A DNA stretch of 64,000 bases, from the NCBI GenBank assembly GCA_964406185.1, contig CAYOQS010000003.1, positions 114,459 through 178,458 on the forward strand, written 5' to 3'. The stretch's first letter is position 1. The number at the start of each line of letters is the position of its first letter. Shown piece by piece: positions 9,594 through 18,380 of the stretch. Position numbers and translations under genes: made by a program. The notes beneath the pieces are model-generated. The model was not told the DNA's origin, did not search any database, and saw nothing but the letters and a program-made list of their open reading frames with translations. This DNA comes from an uncultured Methanosarcinales archaeon (GTDB lineage: Archaea > Nanobdellota > Nanobdellia > Woesearchaeales > UBA11576).

Positions 9594-10724
9594 TCATAAT
9601 TCTATCGTAATCTCGCCAGTCTTTGTGTCTATGCCTTTTATCATCTTATGACCCTTAAACATCTCCTTTATCTCCTTCCAAGATTTCTGGCTCTTCTCCT
9701 CATTAATCTCGGCGATGACCCGCTCTATGAGCTGGTAGTTCTCGTATATGAACTCTGCCTTGCGCTGGTTCTCCTCTGCAGACCTCTCAAGACCATCGAT
9801 GCGAAGCCTCTGCTGGCGGATCACCTCCTCCACCTTATCAAGTTTGGTCTTCGCAGCCTTCTCTGCAGTGTCGATGTCCTTCTTCTCTATCTTCTCTGTA
9901 AGTACACTGTCAAGGGCAGAGTTGAAAGTGTCTGCACTTGTCTGTTGGAATGACCTGTAGAATTCTAATCCAAAAGGAACTATATCTTTTATCTGGCCTT
10001 CGGCAAACTTGTAGATAGTGGGAGAAAGTTCTTTATCCCTGATTGCTTGTATTGCTTCGTGAAGGGAGGAGATCTCCTTATCAGAAAGCTGGGCAGGCTT
10101 CAGGTTCTTGTCAATCCCTGCGAGAAGGCAGAGCTCCTCTGCATAGACACCTCCAAGACCAAGCTCTATGGCAAGAGCCTTGACCAGGCTCTCCTTCTGC
10201 GACCTGTGGAGAAGATTAGTCAGGTCATCTTTATCGATCGTTAGGAAGTTGAACTCCTTAGCAGGATACGTGTAAGTCTCACCGGGCTTGACAGAACGGT
10301 CCTTCCACTCCTGCCTCTCAAGCACTGAAAGGATCTTCCTTTCCTCATCGCAGAGGATGATGTTGCCCTTGCTGAAAAGCTCGATCATAAGAATAAATTT
10401 CGCGTCCTTAGTCTCGAACATGAACTCAACGATCCGCTCAAAACCAAGCTGCCTGACACTCCTGAGGCGGGCGTTCTTCAGCTTCCTCCTCAAGTAAAGA
10501 CAGAAGCCCGGCGGCTTCTCAGGCACATCCCCCTTGTTAGAAGCGATGTATATCATACTTCCAAGCACACAACGCAGGATCCTCTTGCCCTTACCAGGAA
10601 TATGAAGCTGAATGATGAGCTCTTCCCTCCCTATCTGATATATCTGCTCCACCTTTGCGCTCAAGAGCTCCTGGAACTCCCTGGCCAAATAGTGCAGCTC
10701 AAGTGAGGAAATCTCTGATTTCAT
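9594..10724 (-). CDS. NFACT-N (FbpA/RqcH/Rqc2-like) protein lacking the NFACT-R domain
   Basis: N-terminus SLELHYLAREFQELL..KVEQIYQIGREELIIQLH, HhH-like LGLGGVYAEELCLLAGID, coiled coil. ORF ends at 376 aa. Confidence 0.65.
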   Translation of the reverse strand: MKSEISSLELHYLAREFQELLSAKVEQIYQIGREELIIQLHIPGKGKRILRCVLGSMIYIASNKGDVPEKPPGFCLYLRRKLKNARLRSVRQLGFERIVEFMFETKDAKFILMIELFSKGNIILCDEERKILSVLERQEWKDRSVKPGETYTYPAKEFNFLTIDKDDLTNLLHRSQKESLVKALAIELGLGGVYAEELCLLAGIDKNLKPAQLSDKEISSLHEAIQAIRDKELSPTIYKFAEGQIKDIVPFGLEFYRSFQQTSADTFNSALDSVLTEKIEKKDIDTAEKAAKTKLDKVEEVIRQQRLRIDGLERSAEENQRKAEFIYENYQLIERVIAEINEEKSQKSWKEIKEMFKGHKMIKGIDTKTGEITIEL

Positions 10725-10806
10725 AAGAGAACCAAAAGAGAAGTAGTATATAAAAGGTATTGGGAAACAAGGTCAAAGAATCAACAAAAAAAAAGTTTAA
10801 AAAAAA

Positions 10807-11859
10807 TTATTCCTGTTCCCCGACAGGTTCAGGTATGTACAAGACCTCTATATTAGCATCCTTCTTCAGCTGCTCGACATAAAGCGGGACCGCCTGCGCC
10901 TGCTTCTGCGTGCGGATCAGCTCCTCAATAGAAGCGCGCTGCTCCTCAAGTGTCTGCTCCTTAGGAAGACGAAGGATCACATGGTATCCGAACTGGGTCT
11001 GGACCGGCTCTGCAGTGAATGCATACTCCTCAAGACCAAAAGCTGCCTGCTCGAAAGCAGGGACCATCTGACCCCTGCCGAACTCGCCAAGATCGCCCAT
11101 GTTCTGCACTGCAGACGGGTCGATAGACTTCTCAGAAGCCATACTGCCGAACTCAGTCTCGATCTCATTCAGCGAAAAGCCCTTAAGCTCCTCAATGATG
11201 TCCAAGGCCTCATCTTCAGACTCGACAAGGATGTGCATCGCGTGTATCCTGGAATCATAGAAGCTCTCGACATCCTCATCAGTCACCTTTATCTTGTCAA
11301 ACACTGTCTGGTCAAGCAGAGCATTGATCTTCAGCTGCTTGCCATAAAGCTCCTCAAGGAACTCCCTGCTTATGTTCTGCTCAGCAAGCCGCTCATCAAG
11401 CTGCTCAGGAGTCACACCTGCCTGCATCATGGCATTCTCGATCTCTGCCTGGACATCTGCCTGAGTCACGTTCACACCCTGGCGGTCAGCCTCCTGAAGA
11501 AGGAGGACCTCATTGATCGTCTGGTTAAGAAGAGTTGCCTTAGTGATGAACTGCCTGTACTCCACAGGAACGCGATCGTACTGCTCATCAAGGTAATCCA
11601 TAGTGATCGGCTCGCCATTCACTGTAGCGGCGATATCTCCCTGCCTCTGCAGCCTCATCTCGCCAGACTTTGAAGCAAGATAGATCAAACCTGCAACTAC
11701 CGCGACAAGCACAACAAAAACTACCGCGCCGAAAACGTACTGACGGGTATCCTTCTTCTTCCGACCGCCCTTATGCGGAGCATGAGCATGATGCGTCTTT
11801 GCGCCTTTCTTCTTTCCATGTTTCTTTTTCGCCAAACATATCCCCTCCAAAAAAATCAT
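10807..11859 (-). CDS. membrane-anchored parvulin-type peptidyl-prolyl isomerase (PrsA/SurA-like)
   Basis: Basic tail KKKHGKKKGAKTHHAHAPHKGGRKKK, a TM helix, SurA-N-like region, parvulin core ending FGYHVILRL. Confidence 0.7.
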   Translation of the reverse strand: MIFLEGICLAKKKHGKKKGAKTHHAHAPHKGGRKKKDTRQYVFGAVVFVVLVAVVAGLIYLASKSGEMRLQRQGDIAATVNGEPITMDYLDEQYDRVPVEYRQFITKATLLNQTINEVLLLQEADRQGVNVTQADVQAEIENAMMQAGVTPEQLDERLAEQNISREFLEELYGKQLKINALLDQTVFDKIKVTDEDVESFYDSRIHAMHILVESEDEALDIIEELKGFSLNEIETEFGSMASEKSIDPSAVQNMGDLGEFGRGQMVPAFEQAAFGLEEYAFTAEPVQTQFGYHVILRLPKEQTLEEQRASIEELIRTQKQAQAVPLYVEQLKKDANIEVLYIPEPVGEQE

Positions 11860-12023
11860 ATCTGAAATGCAAAAAACCTGAACACTTGAAAATTGAAGGC
11901 GTTCTATATAAAATTATTGCTATGTCTCGGAACAAAAAGCCTGCAGAAAAAGGGTTTGAAAAATCTTCGTCCCCCTGAGGTTATAATAAAGTTTTAAATG
12001 GTTACAGACAGACAGAAAAAGCC

Positions 12024-13352
12024 ATGGCGCGCGACATAATCGTAGGAAGACTGGAATCCGACAGGGAGAAATACGGAACAAAAGGCATAGTCCTTCTCGG
12101 CAAGCAATACGTAAAGATGGGCAGGGTCACCAGCCTGTCGAACAGGATATACCTTGATGTAGCAGGCGCTCACGTGATGTTCATCTGCGGAAAAAGAGGA
12201 GGCGGAAAGTCATACACTATGGGCACAATAGCAGAAGGCATGGCAGACCTCCCCCCCGACGTAAAGCAGAACCTCAGCTTCATATTCCTCGACACCATGG
12301 GAGTATACTGGACCATGAAATACCCCAACAAGAAAGACGAAGACCTGCTCGAACAATGGGGATTCAAACCGAAAGGCCTCGACATAATCATCTACACGCC
12401 GAAAGAGTATTACGAGACATATAAAGAGCAAGGCATACCCACAGACAGGCCGTTCTCGATCAAACCATCAGAGCTGGACGCCACAGACTGGTGCTCAGCA
12501 TTTGACCTAAGCCCGAACGAGCCGATGGGCATACTCATAGAAAGGGTAATACACCAGTTGAGGAAAACACAAGGAGACTACGACGTAGACGCGATGGTCC
12601 AGGCAGTACAGCAGGACATAAGATCAGAGCAGAAGACAAAAGACGCGCTGGAGAACCGGCTCAGGAGCACAGAAGCATGGGGCGTGTTCGACATAAAAGG
12701 CACACCGCTCAACGAGCTCGCAGCGCCCGGCCAGGTCACGATACTCGACGTCAGCTGCTACGCCACGATGCCGGGCGGGTGGAAGATAAAATACCTGATA
12801 GTCGGACTTGTCTCGCAGAAACTGTTCCTCCAAAGGATGACAGCAAGGAAAAAAGAAGAATACGACATGGTGCACAGCACGATAGACTACTTCTCAACAG
12901 AAGACGTGGCAAAAAAGAAACAGGAGATGCCTCTCGTATGGCTGGTCATCGACGAAGCTCACGAGTTCCTGCCCAAAGAAGAGGCTGACGCGAACGCAGC
13001 AACAATGCCACTGATAACGATAATGCGAGAGGGAAGGCAGCCAGGAATCAGCCTCATACTGGCGACACAGCAGCCAGGAAAGATACACACAGATGTGATG
13101 ACACAAAGCGACATCGTGCTATCGCACCGCATAACTGCGCGCATGGATGTAGATGCCCTAGGTCTGTTGACGCAATCATATATGAGGGAAGGGCTGACAC
13201 AGGCAGTAGACAACCTGCCCCGGGTTAAAGGTGCAGGAGTCATCTTCGACGACTCGAACGAAAAGCTGTACCCCATGCGAGTCAGGCCCCGCTTCACATG
13301 GCACGGCGGAGAATCACCATCAGCGGTCAAGATAAAGAAAGAAGAGTTCTGA
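12024..13352 (+). CDS. HerA/FtsK-like P-loop ATPase (COG0433/DUF87 type)
   Basis: Walker A GKRGGGKSYT and Walker B LVWLVIDEAHEF. TATA TTTTAAAT at 11992-11999 lies 27 nt before the ATG. No NurA-like partner nearby. Confidence 0.65.
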   Translation: MARDIIVGRLESDREKYGTKGIVLLGKQYVKMGRVTSLSNRIYLDVAGAHVMFICGKRGGGKSYTMGTIAEGMADLPPDVKQNLSFIFLDTMGVYWTMKYPNKKDEDLLEQWGFKPKGLDIIIYTPKEYYETYKEQGIPTDRPFSIKPSELDATDWCSAFDLSPNEPMGILIERVIHQLRKTQGDYDVDAMVQAVQQDIRSEQKTKDALENRLRSTEAWGVFDIKGTPLNELAAPGQVTILDVSCYATMPGGWKIKYLIVGLVSQKLFLQRMTARKKEEYDMVHSTIDYFSTEDVAKKKQEMPLVWLVIDEAHEFLPKEEADANAATMPLITIMREGRQPGISLILATQQPGKIHTDVMTQSDIVLSHRITARMDVDALGLLTQSYMREGLTQAVDNLPRVKGAGVIFDDSNEKLYPMRVRPRFTWHGGESPSAVKIKKEEF

Positions 13353-13527
13353 ACGGCATCATACGCCAAAATACGCAGTAAATCTTCCGACCAGACCGGA
13401 AAAAAAACAGCAGAAAAGCCTTTTTCTGAAAATCCCTACAGCAGAACCGGAAACATTGCGCTCACGCCGGCAGAAATCCGCTTTTTCATGGGAAGCACAT
13501 ATTAAGGAAGAAAACAAACATAACAAC

Positions 13528-13890
13528 ATGGTTTTCAGCAAAAGCTTTCCAAGAGAAATACAAGGAAGCAACTGGCCAAAATGGGAAGAGATATTCCTCT
13601 CAGCACAAGAGGAACGCGAAAGAGAGCAGGTGGCAAGACAGGAGAACCTGTTCCTCATCCGGCAATGCCTTGCGGACGCCCGCAACGTGCTGAAAGATGA
13701 GAAGATGATGGACATGCAAAGCCACGTACTCTCTGTCGCGCTGGCACTCTTCAGGAAAAGAGCGAGCCACTCGGTCTTCTACAAGGAAGAGAGATGCCAG
13801 GAGAAATTCCTCAAGTACTGGGGAAAGAAATTCCCAAAGCCAGCAGAGAAGAAAGAGACGAAAAAAGCAAAGAAGACAAAGAAGAAATAG
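13528..13890 (+). CDS. hypothetical protein with Lys-rich C-terminal tail
   Basis: ATG 13528 sits about 27 nt after an ATATTAAGG box. No motif recognised. Tail is KKETKKAKKTKKK. Confidence 0.4.
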   Translation: MVFSKSFPREIQGSNWPKWEEIFLSAQEEREREQVARQENLFLIRQCLADARNVLKDEKMMDMQSHVLSVALALFRKRASHSVFYKEERCQEKFLKYWGKKFPKPAEKKETKKAKKTKKK

Positions 13891-13945
13891 CTTCCGAAAT
13901 CATTTATTATTTTATTTTTTATTTGTTAAGCTGTTATCGGCATCA

Positions 13946-14100
13946 CTACCACGCTGCTAGAGGTTAAATAGGCGTTCTAACTGCTGTTTAAACTGACCGT
14001 GCTTGCGCAATACATCAAGAACTTTGTTGAGTGCAACCCTTTCCACAGTCATAAGGCAAGGACGCGCACAAAGCGGCGTTAGTGCTGCCTGACCGAGCTG
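13946..14100. repeat. conserved intergenic element, copy A (homologous to 53193-53330)
   Basis: Shares ordered blocks with copy B: CCACGCTGCTA, ACCGTGCTTGC exactly 47 nt later, CTTGCGCAAT, GTGCARCC, CACWGT, GGACRCGCAC, AGCGGCG. Confidence 0.7.
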
Positions 14101-14111
14101 AACAAATACTT

Positions 14112-14375
14112 TTATTTCTTCTTCCTGCCTGACCTGCGTTTCGAGCGCTTCTTTACAGGACTCTTCACAAGATCCGGAGACATCTCAAGCTGGGCCTCGA
14201 TAGGCGCCTGCGTCATGGAAACTATGGACGCCACAAACATCAGGGCAAAGACAAAACCCAGAGCGAAAGCCCAATCCTGGCCTATCCGCCCACTGTAGAT
14301 GATAGAGATAAGAAAACCAAGCATAGCGACAAGCATGAAACTTGACTTCAACGGAGCAACCTTCCACTTAGCCAT
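14112..14375 (-). CDS. small membrane protein (87 aa) with basic C-terminal tail
   Basis: MAKWKV start at ATG 14375, two hydrophobic helices, tail KKRSKRRSGRKKK. Confidence 0.45.
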   Translation of the reverse strand: MAKWKVAPLKSSFMLVAMLGFLISIIYSGRIGQDWAFALGFVFALMFVASIVSMTQAPIEAQLEMSPDLVKSPVKKRSKRRSGRKKK

Positions 14376-14454
14376 AATGAACACCTCTTTTTGACATTTG
14401 ACAACCAATAAGCAGCAGGCATTTATAAAGGTTTTTACAGAAAATAACCACACA

Positions 14455-15591
14455 TCAAACCTTAAGCATGAACTCATCCAGCCTGTCCTTCATCTCTTCT
14501 CGTCTTTTCTGATGCTCTGCGAGGAAAGTATTCAGCTTATCTATAAGAATCTGCTTCAGCTCGCCGCTCAGCAAACTGCCTGACCTGTAGTCATCATAAA
14601 CACGCTTCAGCTTCTCATCATCCTCTTCAAAGAACGTCAGCCACTGATAAGCAACATCGATGTCAGGATCGCCTCCGGATTTCCTGTGCTCCTCCACAGT
14701 ATCCCTGCCTCCTGAGAAAGCATACTTATTGATCTTCTTCTTCACGGTCTTAGGGTCATCGGTCAGATATATGGCGACCCCCGTAGATGAAGAAAGCTTC
14801 CCATCCTCTGACATGCCTGCAAGCCCCGGAAGGAACCTTGACTGGACAGACGCCGGCTTGGGATAACCCAGTTTAGGTATAACATCCCGCGTCACCCTGA
14901 AATGCGGGTCCTGGTCTATAGCGTGAGGGATCAGACAGGCCATCTTCTTTTTCTTTATGACCGAAGGGAGGAATGCCGGCACTGCCTGCATAGAAGTGAA
15001 GAATATCATGCCGATATTCGTATCATTCGTGAAACCGAATACAGACTTCACTGTCGAGAACGTAATCTTCTTGGCCACCTTGATCGCTTCAGGATACATC
15101 ACACCCGCGTGCTTGGTGTCTATTATGAAATGGGTCTTCTCAGGATCGAAGCCGAGCGCTGCAACATCCAACATGTTGTCATAAAGATGCTCCTGTATCT
15201 CCTCATAAGAACGCTCCTTCTTCAGCATGAACTTCTCATCATCAGTGAACTGGAAATAAAGATCCACATCCAGCCTTTCCTGGAGCCATTTTGTGAACAT
15301 CCAGACCATAGCATGACCCATGTGGATCGGACCTGAAGGCCCGCAGCCAGTGTACAAGAAAAGGTTCTTGCCTTTCTCATACTCCTTCAATGCAAACTCA
15401 AGATCCCTCTGGGCAAAGAATATCCCCCTCTTCAGGAAATGGTGCAGTTCTCCTGTGTGTTTCTCCAGCCTCTTGAGAAGATCATCATCTATCTTGGATA
15501 CACCAAACTCTTTTATCAGCTTATCATAATCGATATTTCCTTTAACTTCCCAAGGGGTCACAACACCTGCCAAAAAAATCACCAGAACCAA
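14455..15591 (-). CDS. trpS: tryptophanyl-tRNA synthetase (archaeal/eukaryal type)
   Basis: TPWEV..DYDKLIKEFG N-terminus, HIGH-type GPIHMGH, KMSKS-type KLSSS. Confidence 0.85.
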   Translation of the reverse strand: MVLVIFLAGVVTPWEVKGNIDYDKLIKEFGVSKIDDDLLKRLEKHTGELHHFLKRGIFFAQRDLEFALKEYEKGKNLFLYTGCGPSGPIHMGHAMVWMFTKWLQERLDVDLYFQFTDDEKFMLKKERSYEEIQEHLYDNMLDVAALGFDPEKTHFIIDTKHAGVMYPEAIKVAKKITFSTVKSVFGFTNDTNIGMIFFTSMQAVPAFLPSVIKKKKMACLIPHAIDQDPHFRVTRDVIPKLGYPKPASVQSRFLPGLAGMSEDGKLSSSTGVAIYLTDDPKTVKKKINKYAFSGGRDTVEEHRKSGGDPDIDVAYQWLTFFEEDDEKLKRVYDDYRSGSLLSGELKQILIDKLNTFLAEHQKRREEMKDRLDEFMLKV

Positions 15592-15632
15592 TACCTATAT
15601 CTTTTCTTTATAAACTTAACCTTGCTATAACC

Positions 15633-16088
15633 TCACCCCAACCAATTGTTGACCACTTCCAGCGCTTTCTCCCGGTCCTTAGGATACGCTGCCATGCTCA
15701 TCCTGATGTGAAAGCAGTCGCCAGAGTCTGTAAGGCAGCACTTATTTTCCTTAAATAGCTTCTGCCTGTCGAGGCGTATGAAGAAATTGAGCCCTTCATC
15801 AAGCCTGGACTCCAGCTGAGAACGAAGCAGGTTGATGTTCCCCTCAGACAGAGATCCCTTGAGGTGCTGCAGGAACCTGTTCGTGTGGCGCTCCTTAGTA
15901 AGGGTCAGCTCGAGTATAACTATCTTCCTCTCATCGAAGCCCCAGGCATTGGTGCGCTTGATCGACAGCTTCTCCTGCTCAAGGTCAAAAGGGACCAGCC
16001 CAGCAAGAGCTTCGGCAATCCTATCCGTGTCCTCACCGTCATCCTCATAAGAGAAGACAGAAAGTTTGATGTTGTGTACTAGTTTCAT
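15633..16088 (-). CDS. DUF54/COG1325-type RNA-binding protein (predicted exosome-associated subunit)
   Basis: About 150 aa with start MKLVHNIKLSVFSYEDD and overall pattern of the archaeal DUF54 family. Assigned from memory only. Confidence 0.5.
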   Translation of the reverse strand: MKLVHNIKLSVFSYEDDGEDTDRIAEALAGLVPFDLEQEKLSIKRTNAWGFDERKIVILELTLTKERHTNRFLQHLKGSLSEGNINLLRSQLESRLDEGLNFFIRLDRQKLFKENKCCLTDSGDCFHIRMSMAAYPKDREKALEVVNNWLG

Positions 16089-16095
16089 TTTCCAT

Positions 16096-16268
16096 AGCCA
16101 CAGCCTGCTCCGGTTTTATATCAATCAGTTAATAAAACCTCTCGCGCCGCCGGCTCGCGCTTAGATCCATTTTCTGAATACGAGGCATCCCCGTAGGGGT
16201 CATCCCCCTGCCTCGTCCGCATAATCTTCTACTGAGCGCTACGTATGTTGGCGGCTACGGCTGTGGCT
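16096..16268. repeat. 10-bp long-range inverted repeat enclosing nested GC-rich hairpins (structured element in a divergent promoter region)
   Basis: AGCCACAGCC (16096-16105) pairs with GGCTGTGGCT (16259-16268). Inner stem CGAGGCA (16181-16187) pairs with TGCCTCG (16209-16215), with CCCC/GGGG alternatives inside. Confidence 0.5.
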
Positions 16269-16316
16269 TTGCTGATAAACGAATGATTTAAATAAGTTTA
16301 GGGGTGCAATCGCTTT

Positions 16317-17240
16317 ATGAAACACTCTCTATCTATCACGCTTATACTTGTGGCAGTGTTCTTCCTCTCACAGGTCGTGGGGCTTGCCGTCACGAACCAG
16401 TACATAGCAGAGAAGACAGTGAATGAGACCACCGGCGAAGTGGTCAATGTCACATATTCAGAGCTGCCGTTCGACATGCAGCGGCCAAAGGTAGAAGAGT
16501 CAAAATCCTACCTGTTCATACTGGGAGCAGTGCTCATAGGCACACTGCTCGTCCTGCTGCTGATACGGCTGAGAGGATTCAGGATATGGAAGTTCTGGTT
16601 CTTCCTGTCAGTAGCGTTGTGCCTGACGATAGCGTTCTACGCATTCCTCTCCAAGCTAGGAGTGATCGGGCCTTTCCTCGCAGTAGGGCTGGCGGTAGGG
16701 CTTGCGATATGGAAGATATACCATCCCAACTTTATAGTGCACAACATCAGCGAGGTATTTGTCTATGGCGGACTGGCAGCGATATTCGTACCGATAATGA
16801 ACATATACGCGATAGTCATACTCCTCGTGCTGATATCAGTATACGACATGATAGCGGTCTGGCAGAGCAAGCACATGGTCAAGATGGCAAAGTTCCAGAC
16901 AGAATCAAAAGTCTTCGCAGGACTATCCATACCCTACAGGCTGCCGAAAAGATCAGAACACGCAAAGAATGTCAAGCCGACAAAAAGAAAATCCAGGATA
17001 AAAGAGAAAGAGATAAAGAGCGCCATTCTCGGCGGAGGAGACATCGGATTCCCGCTCCTGTTCGCAGGAGTGCTAATGAAATCAGTCGGTTTCCTAAAAG
17101 TCCTGATAGTCCCTGTCGTGGTGGCTTTCGCACTCTTCCTGCTGCTGTACTTCGCAAAGAAAGACCGGTTCTACCCTGCGATGCCGTTCATAACCGCAGG
17201 ATGCTTCGCAGGATACGGGCTGCTCATGCTCATCGCATAA
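16317..17240 (+). CDS. presenilin/signal-peptide-peptidase-like intramembrane aspartyl protease (A22 family)
   Basis: YD motif (SVYDMIAVW), GxGD motif (LGGGDIGFP) and PAL-like motif (YPAMPFI) in a multi-TM protein. TATA GATTTAAATAA lies about 27 nt upstream. Confidence 0.8.
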   Translation: MKHSLSITLILVAVFFLSQVVGLAVTNQYIAEKTVNETTGEVVNVTYSELPFDMQRPKVEESKSYLFILGAVLIGTLLVLLLIRLRGFRIWKFWFFLSVALCLTIAFYAFLSKLGVIGPFLAVGLAVGLAIWKIYHPNFIVHNISEVFVYGGLAAIFVPIMNIYAIVILLVLISVYDMIAVWQSKHMVKMAKFQTESKVFAGLSIPYRLPKRSEHAKNVKPTKRKSRIKEKEIKSAILGGGDIGFPLLFAGVLMKSVGFLKVLIVPVVVAFALFLLLYFAKKDRFYPAMPFITAGCFAGYGLLMLIA

Positions 17241-17269
17241 GCCATATGATCCATCCCGCAAGGGACTGT

Positions 17270-17533
17270 TCAAGTCCTCTCAAGACGCTTCTTCAGCTCA
17301 GGATTGATATTATGAGACCAGGTAATGCCCTTCAGGCTCACACCTATCTTGTTGCTCTCCTCAAGATAAGCAAGGATCTGCATCAGGGTATTGTGGTTTA
17401 CCTGTTTAGGCAGCCGCTTCTTCAGCTCAGGTATTGACAGGTAAGCGCCTTCATCGTCCTCAAGGACCGCCTCGACCATCAGAATGGTGTTGAGTGTCGG
17501 TGAGTGCAGGTTGGCAGACCCCTTCTTCGTCAT
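17270..17533 (-). CDS. small winged-helix-like protein (87 aa), function unknown
   Basis: Compact ORF with an LSIPELKKRLPKQVNHNTLMQILAYLEESNKI helix-turn-helix-like segment. Confidence 0.45.
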   Translation of the reverse strand: MTKKGSANLHSPTLNTILMVEAVLEDDEGAYLSIPELKKRLPKQVNHNTLMQILAYLEESNKIGVSLKGITWSHNINPELKKRLERT

Positions 17534-17600
17534 ATGAATAACCTCCAGTTACATATGTGTAAAAAATCGTTATATTAAAACCTTGCGGTCTTGAGCAAAG

Positions 17601-17608
17601 ATTTAAAA
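17601..17608 (+). promoter_or_regulatory. TATA box for SRP RNA
   Basis: ATTTAAAA lies about 27 nt upstream of GGGCAGGC at 17632. Confidence 0.55.
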
Positions 17609-17631
17609 GAGAGCTTGTCATCAGCTCCTGC

Positions 17632-17945
17632 GGGCAGGCTAGGCCGGGAGGTTAGTCGTCTCCTGTAACCATCAACCGACTTACGTTGGGGCTGAAGCCT
17701 GGAGAGAGGCATGTCCAGGATCTTCTGGTCTTGGTCTGGACGATGATACTCTGTCCCCAGGGACTGGCCTTACCGGGAACCGGGTCACGCGCAGAATATC
17801 TGCGGCAAAACGCCTGCGCGCCCGAGAGGCTGGGAACAGAGCAGCCCTAACCGGCAAGGTCGGTGCTCTGGGGGTAGCGGAGTTGAGGAAGGATCAGGGT
17901 CCACCAGCAGGCCTTGGGCGTGCTCATCTTCGGGTGTGCCTGCCT
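17632..17945 (+). ncRNA. signal recognition particle RNA (archaeal 7S/SRP RNA)
   Basis: 5' GGGCAGGCTAGGCCGGGAGGTTAGTCGTCTCCTGTAACC pairs with 3' GGGTGTGCCTGCC. Helix-8-like CTG-GGAA-CAG-AGCAGCC with a GNAR tetraloop. About 314 nt, followed by a T-run. Confidence 0.85.
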
Positions 17946-17965
17946 TCTCTTTTTTCTTATTTTTC
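17946..17965 (+). terminator. oligo-T termination signal after SRP RNA
   Basis: TTCTCTTTTTTCTTATTTTT. Confidence 0.5.
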
Positions 17966-18061
17966 CGTGAAAAATACGGTGCTTTATAAATAAAAGTATA
18001 TAATTTATAAAAAAATAAAGAAAAAAAAGCAAACTTTTAAATATGATAAGGTGCCCATATT

Positions 18062-18178
18062 ATGTTTGCGATGCCATCTAGCAAAATGAATGGACACTGG
18101 CACAACAGGAATATAGACATTTTGCTAAATGGAGATGTCTTCACCGGCGTCTTTACAAAATACCCAATTATGCGCTAA
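18062..18178 (+). CDS. candidate small ORF (38 aa) at the head of the RelA/SpoT-like transcription unit
   Basis: ATG lies about 22 nt after TATA TTTTAAATAT (18035-18044). Product MFAMPSSKMNGHWHNRNIDILLNGDVFTGVFTKYPIMR. Mutually exclusive with 18129-18380. Confidence 0.25.
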   Translation: MFAMPSSKMNGHWHNRNIDILLNGDVFTGVFTKYPIMR

Positions 18179-18380
18179 CAAAGCCCTACGCCAAAACGGA
18201 CGGGGACTTTGTTGCGCGGGCTATCAATTCTGGTGTAACAAGGTCCTTGTCATAGTGCTAGGCTTCACGACGTATAACACCAACCACGGCAACAAGAGCA
18301 AGGGAAAAGCAATACAAGAGGAAACCAAAAAAAAAACGAAAGGAAACGGAAATCCAGGTGTTGAGAGATGGAGGCAATAG
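18129..18380 (+). CDS. candidate small ORF (83 aa) whose stop overlaps the RelA/SpoT-like start
   Basis: Stop TAG 18378-18380 overlaps ATG 18368 by 13 nt (coupling-like). Cys cluster CCAGYQFWC and a Lys-rich tail. No homology recognised. Confidence 0.3.
   Translation: MEMSSPASLQNTQLCANKALRQNGRGLCCAGYQFWCNKVLVIVLGFTTYNTNHGNKSKGKAIQEETKKKTKGNGNPGVERWRQ

Noticed and set aside
13946-14100. Conserved small peptide encoded by the shared element (minus-strand ORF MTVERVALNKVLDVLRKHGQFKQQLERLFNL)
   Set aside because: In copy B the homologous nucleotides fall in a different reading frame and are interrupted by TGA, so conservation is at the nucleotide level, not the protein level.
16096-16105. Recurring AGCCACAG/GCCACAGCC motif (16.1 kb twice, tRNA-Leu(GAG) T-loop intron, tRNA-like locus at 55.2 kb) as evidence for a mobile intron-like family
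   Set aside because: An 8-mer is expected about twice by chance in 128 kb of two-strand sequence. Four hits, two of which form one inverted repeat, are not convincing.
16096-16268. Multi-intron tRNA hidden in the 16.1-kb structured spacer
   Set aside because: The 10-bp terminal stem is too long for an acceptor stem. No U8, A14, GG or TTCRAAT elements could be placed on either strand.
16586-17437. 283-aa ORF on the plus strand
   Set aside because: It is an Arg-rich alternative frame overlapping the well-supported presenilin-like gene and the antisense of 17270-17533, with no motifs.
17847-18032. 61-aa minus-strand ORF
   Set aside because: It overlaps the 3' part of SRP RNA and its terminator.
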